In this document: in pieces, positions 9,399 through 17,883 of the stretch | Layout of the letters: each line of letters begins with the position of its first letter | Position numbering within the stretch: position 1 is the stretch's first letter | Virus record (IMG/VR): IMGVR_UViG_3300042305_000730 | Span: 1-64,000 of that record | Strand: one strand, 5' to 3' | DNA from: a virus | Length of the DNA: 64,000 bases | The notes under the pieces: generated by a model | The model's input: the letters and a program-made list of their open reading frames with translations, nothing else | Told to the model about the DNA's origin: nothing | Databases searched by the model: none | Position numbers and translations under genes: made by a program

Positions 9399-10448
9399 TT
9401 AACCTCTACGCTTCTTAGGAGTATTAATAGGCTCACCAATGGCAGGATGCTCACGAAGGAATCTACCCTTAGCCCTCTGCTCTGTAATAGAAAGACCTGG
9501 ATCAAGCCCAAAACCAGGAGACTTCATTCGCAGAACACCAGCAGCACCAGTTTGTTTTCTAGTTCCAATAATGTCGTGAGTGTCATAATCAGTTGCAGGA
9601 ACAATCAAACTGTCACCACTACCAAATTGCATTTGGAGATGTGACGGTATTGGTTTTGGGTGTGAGGATGTTCCAAGGTTAGTTACTGGAAGGGCAATAT
9701 CTTCACCTGCTGAAATCATTTGCTCAGCACGTGGTTTTGTTAAGCGTTCACTCCAACTACCTACACGGGTAACATTTGATTGACGTGACTTTGGGGTAGC
9801 CCCAGGAAGAACATCCCTTGCGTAGCGTTTGCCGTACTCACTACCAATAGCCATAGGGAACCCAGCAGTCGGACCAAACTCTTTGCCACGGGTTTGCTGG
9901 TAACGGCCTTTAGGTCCACCAAAGATAGCATCGCCTGCATCCATGTGGTCAATGTGTAATTCACTAGTTCCATCAAGGCGGAGTGATGGGAGATTCCCTC
10001 TCCTTATAGCCCCTTCAAATGCAGTATGGGCTTCATCCCTAATGATTGCCAAACCTTCCGCAGGGTATTCTGTTAAGAATTGGGTGCGAGCCATTTGGGT
10101 AGGGATAGTTGTACTAAGGCGACCACTTGTGTTTAGACACCCTGCACTACAACCAGCGGTCTTATCTTTACAAGCATCTGCACAACCATGCTTACCAGCA
10201 GGCATGAGGTACATACCAGTTGCTTCAACACGGCTAAGAACTGGATCATCAATCTTTTTGTTCTTTTCAAACTTTACGCTGGTAGAAAGCATTCTGGGGT
10301 TGGTACTACCAAACTGACCAGGTTTATATGGGCTCTCAGTCTTTGAAGAGATTTCAGCAAACTTTGCACGGGCAGATGGAAGATGTACACCTTCCATATC
10401 ACGAACAGATACTCCTTTTAAAATATCTTCAAGAAACTCTTTTGCCAT
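9399..10448 (-). CDS. GP88-like Cys-cluster protein
   Basis: ACKDKTAGCSAGCLNTSGR and LRLDGTSE resemble the phage gp88-type C-x6-C-x3-CL..GR / RLNGTSD family. Confidence 0.5.
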   Translation of the reverse strand: MAKEFLEDILKGVSVRDMEGVHLPSARAKFAEISSKTESPYKPGQFGSTNPRMLSTSVKFEKNKKIDDPVLSRVEATGMYLMPAGKHGCADACKDKTAGCSAGCLNTSGRLSTTIPTQMARTQFLTEYPAEGLAIIRDEAHTAFEGAIRRGNLPSLRLDGTSELHIDHMDAGDAIFGGPKGRYQQTRGKEFGPTAGFPMAIGSEYGKRYARDVLPGATPKSRQSNVTRVGSWSERLTKPRAEQMISAGEDIALPVTNLGTSSHPKPIPSHLQMQFGSGDSLIVPATDYDTHDIIGTRKQTGAAGVLRMKSPGFGLDPGLSITEQRAKGRFLREHPAIGEPINTPKKRRG

Positions 10449-10453
10449 TTAAA

Positions 10454-10987
10454 TCACCCTTGGTAGTCGTACTGGTCTTTGCGACCCTTGTTAACGTGGA
10501 TAGCACGCCTACGCATGTCTACTTCTTTAATAAGTCGTCCTTCTTCTTCAGGGCGCACAGTATCTTTTGCTTTACGATCAAGTGCTGGGTCTTGAGGTGA
10601 AAACGCATTGTCAATTGGGTCTCCGCCTTCTACGTTGGGCAAAGGATTAAATTGAGATTCCTGTAATGTCTCCATACCCGTAAGGTTTCTAGGTACGGCA
10701 TAACCTGTAGGTTGGAACGTATTAACCGCACCAGTGCTTTTTAGGTAACTGGCTAGAACAAAAGGACGACGACGTTCACGTGTTTGTGGAGGCTCTGCCC
10801 GAAATGATGCTTGAAACTCCCCAAGACGACTTGGGAACATGTACTTACCTTGCGATGACAGCCCATAAGTTTGGGCAATACCTACTGCAAGATCGTCGGT
10901 TGTAGTTAGGGCAGGAGAATCTGAGGTGTCAACACCTGTATCATCACTTGCTGTAGCATCAACAGAGGCGTAACCACTGTCGGACAT
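10454..10987 (-). CDS. Hypothetical protein
   Basis: 177 aa ORF, tightly packed in the late operon. Confidence 0.6.
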   Translation of the reverse strand: MSDSGYASVDATASDDTGVDTSDSPALTTTDDLAVGIAQTYGLSSQGKYMFPSRLGEFQASFRAEPPQTRERRRPFVLASYLKSTGAVNTFQPTGYAVPRNLTGMETLQESQFNPLPNVEGGDPIDNAFSPQDPALDRKAKDTVRPEEEGRLIKEVDMRRRAIHVNKGRKDQYDYQG

Positions 10988-10989
10988 GT

Positions 10990-11397
10990 TTAGTCGTTAA
11001 CTACCGTTACGTTTGGACGGTTCATGTGACCACCTGAGTTGTAGGAGTATTCCCACTTAGGCATGTCATCTCCTGCCATTGCACCTTCAACAAACTCTGA
11101 AAGTACCGATGGGGCTTCTACCCACGATGCGGAACCCACATGGGCACGCTCACGCATGGTGTCTGCTGCATGCTTGTACATCATTTCAGGGTTGTTGTGG
11201 TTCATTCGCATAGGCGATGGTGCGGTGTCCTCATAGGCTCCACGACCAAAGTCGTTTGGAACGTCAGTGTCGGTTGCAACACCTTCTTCAAAGCGAAGCG
11301 GTCCCTTATTACCTGGAATGCTCGGAGCCATTGTACGCTCAAACATAATTTCATTACGTGCTTTTTCAGGCATCATAGGGGCTGGTGATACTGTCAT
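10990..11397 (-). CDS. Conserved hypothetical (probable virion) protein downstream of the terminase gene
   Basis: Start re-assigned to MTVSPAPMMPE (GAGGAG RBS). Motifs GPLRFEEGVATDTDVP and ERAHVGSASWVEAP. Confidence 0.6.
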   Translation of the reverse strand: MTVSPAPMMPEKARNEIMFERTMAPSIPGNKGPLRFEEGVATDTDVPNDFGRGAYEDTAPSPMRMNHNNPEMMYKHAADTMRERAHVGSASWVEAPSVLSEFVEGAMAGDDMPKWEYSYNSGGHMNRPNVTVVND

Positions 11398-11437
11398 ATA
11401 TACTCCTCGTAGATAAGGGTTTCTTTCAAGAATACCA

Positions 11438-13003
11438 CTAATTAAAAAACGGGTTTTCGCCAACTTGAACAGTAGGCATAGTATCATGTACCGTCATAGC
11501 GCATGCGAGAGCCAGTGAATCTGGATAATCATCAAATGCACCCTTCTCATTAGGCGCTTCTGCCAGCATATATGGACCCCGATATACCTTTTCCAAGTCA
11601 TTCATTTGCTGATTAAATCGCTTCCAATTCCTAGTTCTACGGGCTTTAGAGTGCCCAGGAATAACTAACTGCTCTCGTTGGATAAGTTCAGTTAAGTGAA
11701 TCCAGCGCTCATTTTGTGCTTTTGAATCAGAACTCATTGCTAGTACTTCAATGTCAGGTAGGAGTATCTTTAGTCGTTCAGCAACTGCGCCACCAACACC
11801 TTGAGAGTCTACGCCTATGCGGAACACATCATAGTTTCTTAAAAAGTCAATAATTTGAAAGTATTGGCTTTCCCATTCCTCATTGTTAATTTCCAACCAG
11901 TTAAGGATTCGGTGCTCGTAAAACCCAAAAGGATCTGCATGGTCCCAGTCAACCCAAAGTACGGTTACAACCGTAGAGTCATTTGATCTGGCAACATCAA
12001 TACCCACCACTACTGGGGTTCTCCACCACTGTTTAACTAATGGCATTGACGTGTCATACAGCCGTTCCATGCGCTCTTCAGTAACGAACATACCCTTTTC
12101 AAGCATCCATCGGTTACAGTACGACATCTGAAACTCATCAGAGTCTTCACCAATTCGCAACTTTTCTTTAGAAATAAACTTTCCGTAGTTTGCATTGTAT
12201 TTAGAAGCAATACGGTGATCGTACTCAAAGTGGCAGTCTCGTATGTTTTTCCTACCCTGAGTGCTTCTACGCTTGTTGTATTGGATCATTTTATAAAAAT
12301 AAGATTTAGTTCTAGATGCTGTTCCAGTGAGCATGATGCTTCCGTTGTTAAACGCCAACATCGGCTTGATTGACTTGGTAATCATAAACTCATCGGCTTC
12401 CTGAGCCTCGTCAATAAGCACAAAGTGGTAGGTCTTTGACTCAATCTTTGCCTTTGGGTTACAAGTCTGCATTCGGCAGATAGAACCAGAGCGCTTCATG
12501 GTGATGATTTTTCCCTTACCACGAGTACCACCAGAGGTAGCCTTGTCATCAATCTCTGGATCTAGCAAGAAATTCATAGCATGCTCACTAGTTAAGCGAC
12601 TAACAATACGGCTAAACACCGTGTCTGCCTGGTCTTCCGTAGGAGCAAACACCCCAACCCAGAAACCTTTTTCAAACTTAGATAACCATGTGGGATAAAC
12701 TTTGGCAAGTTTTGGCAAGATAACCATCTGCGCCGCTAATACGTTAGAGAGAACTTCTGATTTTCCGCTTTGGCGAGTTGCTATAAGTGTAATCTCTTCA
12801 CCGTCACCTAAGACAATAGATTCAATAATTCGGTAAGCAATCGGGATTTGATAAGGGAAGAACTCAACATCACAAAACTGTTCTGTAAATAAAACTAATT
12901 TTGTAACTAACTGGTCAACAAATTCAGCAGAGGTCTCATCAAGTTCCTCGCCAATATCTTCAGGTAATAACTCAGATTCTTCGTCAATTAGGGCTTCAGC
13001 CAT
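11438..13003 (-). CDS. terL: Terminase large subunit
   Basis: Walker A ATRQSGKS, Walker B VLIDEAQ, coupling motif LTGT, RNase-H nuclease GIDVAR..D, DSQGVG, DDYPDSLALA. Confidence 0.93.
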   Translation of the reverse strand: MAEALIDEESELLPEDIGEELDETSAEFVDQLVTKLVLFTEQFCDVEFFPYQIPIAYRIIESIVLGDGEEITLIATRQSGKSEVLSNVLAAQMVILPKLAKVYPTWLSKFEKGFWVGVFAPTEDQADTVFSRIVSRLTSEHAMNFLLDPEIDDKATSGGTRGKGKIITMKRSGSICRMQTCNPKAKIESKTYHFVLIDEAQEADEFMITKSIKPMLAFNNGSIMLTGTASRTKSYFYKMIQYNKRRSTQGRKNIRDCHFEYDHRIASKYNANYGKFISKEKLRIGEDSDEFQMSYCNRWMLEKGMFVTEERMERLYDTSMPLVKQWWRTPVVVGIDVARSNDSTVVTVLWVDWDHADPFGFYEHRILNWLEINNEEWESQYFQIIDFLRNYDVFRIGVDSQGVGGAVAERLKILLPDIEVLAMSSDSKAQNERWIHLTELIQREQLVIPGHSKARRTRNWKRFNQQMNDLEKVYRGPYMLAEAPNEKGAFDDYPDSLALACAMTVHDTMPTVQVGENPFFN

Positions 13004-13008
13004 ACGTA

Positions 13009-13269
13009 CTAGGCTACACCATCCCCAAAATCAAACTGTAGTTGATCTGGGTTTGGTAAACGGGGTCTGTATAACTCTTTCATTTCAGCCAACTCATCCA
13101 TTACGTTCTCTACTTGCAATATGAAATCGTACATATCCTCAGTATTAGCAACCAATTGGTAGTTAATCCTCTTCAGCAACCCATGATGGGGAAAGGCGTT
13201 AATCCGATAAGCAACTTGTTGAGCAAGGGTAATTGTCTTATCCATCTTAATTTCTTCAGCGGATCTCAT
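13009..13269 (-). CDS. Hypothetical protein
   Basis: 86 aa, coupled by ATGA overlap. C-terminal DQLQFDF. Confidence 0.55.
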   Translation of the reverse strand: MRSAEEIKMDKTITLAQQVAYRINAFPHHGLLKRINYQLVANTEDMYDFILQVENVMDELAEMKELYRPRLPNPDQLQFDFGDGVA

Positions 13270-13511
13270 TTAGTTGTCCTGCTTTCTAGTTCTGCCCAAA
13301 TTACTTGTAATGCCTCTATGCAATCCCGTACTTCACTAGACGGAGAACTCTTGTATCTCCAACCATCAAAGGAAGAACCAAGTGACATAATGGTTGTATC
13401 CATCCAGGTGTATAAGGATGGCGTATCTAAACGAGATGCTCGCTGTTGCGCTTTACTAATAGGTTGGTTGTCCAAACCAACTAACGTTTTTTTGAATATA
13501 CCTATCGCCAT
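13266..13511 (-). CDS. Hypothetical protein
   Basis: 81 aa helical ORF in operon. Confidence 0.6.
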   Translation of the reverse strand: MAIGIFKKTLVGLDNQPISKAQQRASRLDTPSLYTWMDTTIMSLGSSFDGWRYKSSPSSEVRDCIEALQVIWAELESRTTK

Positions 13512-13777
13512 GTTGTAATCTCCCTGACTGTTGTGTCTAACACTCGGCCTTCTATTGCTCTGAGGATACCATCAGTTTCATTCAATGGTTCTTGTCGGCG
13601 GCAAAAACCAAACTGTAAAAGGTATTTCCCCATCTTAATTTGTGGACCTTTTCCAATTCTCCAATGCCCGCCTAATTCCTTAGTCCAACCTATGCATACT
13701 TTTGGCGTACTGCTAGTGGCTGTATCCCTAACAATCCAATAGATACGCCCAACCCCGTGAACAATATTTAAACCCAT
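13502..13777 (-). CDS. Hypothetical protein
   Basis: 91 aa. TAGACT 6 nt before the ATG. Confidence 0.55.
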   Translation of the reverse strand: MGLNIVHGVGRIYWIVRDTATSSTPKVCIGWTKELGGHWRIGKGPQIKMGKYLLQFGFCRRQEPLNETDGILRAIEGRVLDTTVREITTWR

Positions 13778-13795
13778 TGGGTTAGTCTAACGCTT

Positions 13796-14359
13796 CTAAG
13801 TACCCCAATCAAATGGTAGTTGGTTTTGGTCTTTATTTTGTTTATTAATTGCTGGGAACCCTTGATCTTGTTGCTGCTGGCTAAATGCACCATGTTGAAA
13901 CTTTGCACCAAGTGGTGTTGCTGACGGACGAGAAAAGTGTGTTGCATCAGACTTAACATACCCACCTGTCATACCGCCTGTGTTAAATGTCTTACCTTTA
14001 GATAAAGCATCATAAAAGTTAATGGCCTGATATACGGGAACATTATTGAACACATACTGGGTAGGGTTTTTTCTTCCTGCCTTGCCACGGAAATCCATGT
14101 AAATGTCACCAATTAACGTATCTGGGTTAAAGAAATATTGGACAAATGTAAACCGAGTACTGTCTTGTCCGTTCGTGTTTTCTCCCAACATTTCATCAGT
14201 GGCATTATCAATACCACCACTGGCAGCAGTCCACGGGTCAAAGTTTTCTTCTTTATTAAAGAGCGCTTCTTTAGTTTTTTCATCGGCATATGAAAAAGCC
14301 TGTAATGAGTCCTGCACACGGGCTTTGCCCATTGCTCCTAAACCTCGTGCTCTAGCCAT
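13796..14359 (-). CDS. KTSC-domain-like protein
   Basis: YVFNNVPVYQAINFYDALSKGKTFN matches the KTSC pattern Y.Y..VP......A.SKG..FN. TATAAT 6 nt before the ATG. Confidence 0.6.
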   Translation of the reverse strand: MARARGLGAMGKARVQDSLQAFSYADEKTKEALFNKEENFDPWTAASGGIDNATDEMLGENTNGQDSTRFTFVQYFFNPDTLIGDIYMDFRGKAGRKNPTQYVFNNVPVYQAINFYDALSKGKTFNTGGMTGGYVKSDATHFSRPSATPLGAKFQHGAFSQQQQDQGFPAINKQNKDQNQLPFDWGT

Positions 14360-14396
14360 GCACTAATTATAGATTACTTCCCTAAGAAGCAGTTTA

Positions 14397-15263
14397 TTAC
14401 CTTTGTGCCCGTACAGCCCTTGCGATTCCTTCTTCAAGGGATATCTTTGGGGTGTAGAAAGACAACATTTTTGTAGGGTCGCAAACGCGATATTGGACAC
14501 CTTCTGGTGCTCCAATTATCCTTTCAAACTCAGGAGAGTAACCGCATTCAGTTGCTACTAAAGTTGCCAAGTCATTAAATGAGGTGACTCGCCCAAGCCC
14601 TAAATTTACTGGACCTTGTATGTCTTGTCGCACGGCTTCTAATGTTGCCGCAACAACGTCTTCCATGTGTATGAAGTCTCTTACTTGATTACCCGAACCC
14701 CAAATTTTAAATGGATTTGCTTTTTCAACACCACGTTTAATAAATGACGGGAAAGGGTAGTCAAGTGACTGGTCCTCACCATACCCAGAAAACGGACGGA
14801 ATATATGGACTCTCAGCCCTTCTTTTTCTGCATAACTTGCAAGCATCTCTCCAGTTAGTTTTGCCCAACCGTATGTGTAGTCAGGAGATTGAATGTTGTT
14901 TAAATCAATATCCGACTCAGTTAGGTGGTGAGTAGAACCATAATCTTGCAATTTGATTGGATAGGCAGCCGAAGAAGAATAATAAATAATCCTTCCTGGT
15001 TTTGTTCTTAACGCCCACTGAAACAATTCAGAATCAATTGCGAGGTCTACTGCGACAGACAACGGCTCACCCTCTATGGTTGCTCGCCCTCCAACAATTG
15101 CCGCTAAGTGAACAACGAGGTCAAAGTGTGTTTCATCTGTTGCAAAAAACTTACGAGCATCTATTCCGTTTTTTATGTCTACACCTGTGATGTCATGACC
15201 ATCAAGCGCTTTGTGGAAATATCCCCCAACAAACCCTGCATCGCCAGTAATAATAATTTTCAT
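14397..15263 (-). CDS. NAD-dependent nucleotide-sugar epimerase/dehydratase
   Basis: ITGDAGFVG Rossmann motif, HLAA, SSSAAY, YGWAK (YxxxK), GSGNQVRDFIH. Confidence 0.92.
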   Translation of the reverse strand: MKIIITGDAGFVGGYFHKALDGHDITGVDIKNGIDARKFFATDETHFDLVVHLAAIVGGRATIEGEPLSVAVDLAIDSELFQWALRTKPGRIIYYSSSAAYPIKLQDYGSTHHLTESDIDLNNIQSPDYTYGWAKLTGEMLASYAEKEGLRVHIFRPFSGYGEDQSLDYPFPSFIKRGVEKANPFKIWGSGNQVRDFIHMEDVVAATLEAVRQDIQGPVNLGLGRVTSFNDLATLVATECGYSPEFERIIGAPEGVQYRVCDPTKMLSFYTPKISLEEGIARAVRAQR

Positions 15264-15820
15264 TTACATCCCCACATTCCATATATGTATGGTTCGCCAA
15301 ATACTGTCGTGTCCAGCATAACAAAAACATCTGGGGTCCACCCAGCATTCTTCAGAAGCATCTCAACATCTTGCTTACCCCAAGCCCAATAGTGCTCATC
15401 GTTCGTGTCATACCAAGCATCAATTGGAGTTGAAAGGACCAGTGTTTGTGATTTACTTCTTATTAAGTTTAGGACTGAACTTGGGTCTTCAACATGCTCA
15501 ATACTTTCTGAACAAATATACAAGTCTACATTTTCAATCTTTTTTAAATTAACTTCCAACGAACCAGAGTATTCATAGCCCTCTGCATAATCACCAAGTA
15601 TGGTCTTCTCAACATCCAATGCTTTGGCAATTGCACCATTACCACAACTCAGATCAGCAACTGATTTTGCCTCTGCTTGATATGCCATGTCCTTAGCAAG
15701 TTGTATTGTCATGTTTACACGAATACCATGCCCTCGCCCATAGATTGCATGGTCGTGTGGTGTGGCGTATATTTCTGCTAATTCTTTAGCAGTATAAAAC
15801 TCCCGTAACTTCTTTATCAC
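15260..15820 (-). CDS. SAM-dependent methyltransferase (class I)
   Basis: VADLSCGNG motif I, CSESIEHVEDP, LVLSTP. Confidence 0.8.
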   Translation of the reverse strand: MIKKLREFYTAKELAEIYATPHDHAIYGRGHGIRVNMTIQLAKDMAYQAEAKSVADLSCGNGAIAKALDVEKTILGDYAEGYEYSGSLEVNLKKIENVDLYICSESIEHVEDPSSVLNLIRSKSQTLVLSTPIDAWYDTNDEHYWAWGKQDVEMLLKNAGWTPDVFVMLDTTVFGEPYIYGMWGCK

Positions 15821-16527
15821 CTATAGACCGTCATGTCATGACCACGGGTTTCAATTGCGCCTACTGCTACAGGGTAATGTATTGCTTCACAATCTTCCCG
15901 TACATACGTTGGGATGTGTAGGTAGTTAAGAGCATCGTGATGGAAACATGGGTCATCTGACATGTTCGCATCAAGATCCCATCGCCAGCGAATACCAGAA
16001 AACACAGACCTTGCTATAAAAATTGCAGCGGCGGAAGCCATTGCATTCATTACTGGGTATGGGTATGCCTCAACATATGGACCACGTAAGCCGTATGTAG
16101 AAATGTACGGAGCACACAATGGGTGATCCATTTCAAGCATCCTTGGAAGAATGTCATCAGGTGGCATACAATCGGCAGCCATAAACAAAAGATGTGTGCA
16201 CCTTGGGTCTGACATTGCAAAATCGTTGACGAGACTCTGTCCCGCAGTGATATGTCGTATACGATTTTTGGTGGTGACTTCAGTCCTCTTGTCGTCTAGT
16301 GAGTATGTCCAGTATGTGCCACCAATGGCTTCAAGGCGTTCAATAAACGGCTTAAAAGGTTCTAAACCACGAGCGTCTACTTGGATCGCTGCAAAGTATG
16401 TAACGTCAGTCCAATTTCCAAACTGTTGATATTTTTCTTTTACCTGTTCTGCATTTTTCATCCAAGAACCCCAGTGGTCCTCATTGTCCATTACAAATGC
16501 TGCAAGTGTTGTTCCTACGACTATCAT
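15817..16527 (-). CDS. Glycosyltransferase, GT-A/GT2-like
   Basis: THLLFMAADC (degenerate DxD) then PDDILPRML, SDDPCF. Context supports the call. Confidence 0.6.
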   Translation of the reverse strand: MIVVGTTLAAFVMDNEDHWGSWMKNAEQVKEKYQQFGNWTDVTYFAAIQVDARGLEPFKPFIERLEAIGGTYWTYSLDDKRTEVTTKNRIRHITAGQSLVNDFAMSDPRCTHLLFMAADCMPPDDILPRMLEMDHPLCAPYISTYGLRGPYVEAYPYPVMNAMASAAAIFIARSVFSGIRWRWDLDANMSDDPCFHHDALNYLHIPTYVREDCEAIHYPVAVGAIETRGHDMTVYR

Positions 16528-17612
16528 AATTTCGCTATCCTCTCCATAACTTCATTCCAATCCGATCCACGAACTTCCATTGAAAATACATCTCTAACTA
16601 TTTCATAATTTACAATTGCTTCATCTTTACGCATTTGTGGGTTTATTAATTCTCCTAAATGATAAGCCCACTCTTCCTTACTATTTGCAACCCTACCAAC
16701 CCCTAACTCAGCAAGGTATTGGTATTCTGGTGCTTTAGAGGCAATGAAAGGTACGCCAGCAGCAGCATACTCTAAACCTTTAATAAAGGATTTGGCATGG
16801 TTAAAGGGAAGATCACTAAGAGGTACAATACCAATATCTATTGGGGGAAATAACTTTGGATAATTTAAGATTGGAGCCATCGGCATAGTACTGCAACGTG
16901 CCTTTGGAAGACCAAGTTGCTCATAGGCATAAGGTGCATCTGGGGTATGACCTGAATGGTGGAACTTTAAATTGTGTTTAGCAAACTGTTGGTGAATGTG
17001 GGGGCGCAGTGTTTCTAAATCCCCAGACCTCCAAGGTGTTGCACCCACCCACCCAACTACAGGTTTGTGTTTTGCCACATCCTTACGGCGGGTCCACCTA
17101 GCAATATCTATTCCATTGCGAACCAAGAACACATTGTTTCTGCGCTTTGAATAGAAATCGTATAGAAAGGGGGTAGAAGTAATTACTGCATCTGCTTCAT
17201 AAATCATTTTTATGTAATGGTCACGATTGTTTTCAGGATCACGCAGAGGGTCAGTGCTGACATACGCACGGTTATTTTCGTCTAACCCCTCAAAAAAGTC
17301 ATCAACGTCTACAACAATGGTTTGACCAAGTGCCTGGGCTTTTCGGACATGCTCTGTAATAGATTTACGCATAACCAATTTAAATACAAGGATATTCCAA
17401 CCATGTACGGCTTGGTCTTCTTTAATAATTTGACCGTAGCCATATTCTTCATGCCAGCGTGGGAAGCCCATACTGACCTTCCACCCAAACTTCTCTAACT
17501 CTTTCATAGGTAGCAAACAGCGGTACCAAGCGCAACCGTTAGGTTGTAATGGTTTTGTTCCCCAAGCCCAATCGTATGTTAAAAATGAAATTGTTTTGTT
17601 TTGCATGCACAC
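16524..17612 (-). CDS. Glycosyltransferase, GT-B/GT4-like
   Basis: VVDVDD, NGID, VGWVG, DIGIVPL...FN.AKS.IK.LEYAAAGVPFIAS. Confidence 0.85.
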   Translation of the reverse strand: MCMQNKTISFLTYDWAWGTKPLQPNGCAWYRCLLPMKELEKFGWKVSMGFPRWHEEYGYGQIIKEDQAVHGWNILVFKLVMRKSITEHVRKAQALGQTIVVDVDDFFEGLDENNRAYVSTDPLRDPENNRDHYIKMIYEADAVITSTPFLYDFYSKRRNNVFLVRNGIDIARWTRRKDVAKHKPVVGWVGATPWRSGDLETLRPHIHQQFAKHNLKFHHSGHTPDAPYAYEQLGLPKARCSTMPMAPILNYPKLFPPIDIGIVPLSDLPFNHAKSFIKGLEYAAAGVPFIASKAPEYQYLAELGVGRVANSKEEWAYHLGELINPQMRKDEAIVNYEIVRDVFSMEVRGSDWNEVMERIAKL

Positions 17613-17615
17613 TCT

Positions 17616-17786
17616 CTACTCGTTGTCATCCCCTTTTGCAAAGAGTGTAGCGCAATGTACAACCAATCCAAGTATTGTTATCCAAACACCCCAAGACAGG
17701 GTGTCACCTGACAGGGTGATAAGAACCATCCCCGTTCCTGCCAGAGTCCAGGTCAAGCCATGGATTTCAGATAAAAGTTTCTTCAC
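17616..17786 (-). CDS. Small two-TM membrane protein (56 aa)
   Basis: Manual translation MKKLLSEIHGLTWTLAGTGMVLITLSGDTLSWGVWITILGLVVHCATLFAKGDDNE. AAGGAG RBS, GTG start. Confidence 0.7.
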   Translation of the reverse strand: MKKLLSEIHGLTWTLAGTGMVLITLSGDTLSWGVWITILGLVVHCATLFAKGDDNE

Positions 17787-17883
17787 AATGCTCCTTAACG
17801 ATTTGCCCTATATAGGGGTACCTCTACCTACCTACGGCTTGTCTACGGGGCTCCTAGAGGGCTCTACGTGGATTGTGGTGATG

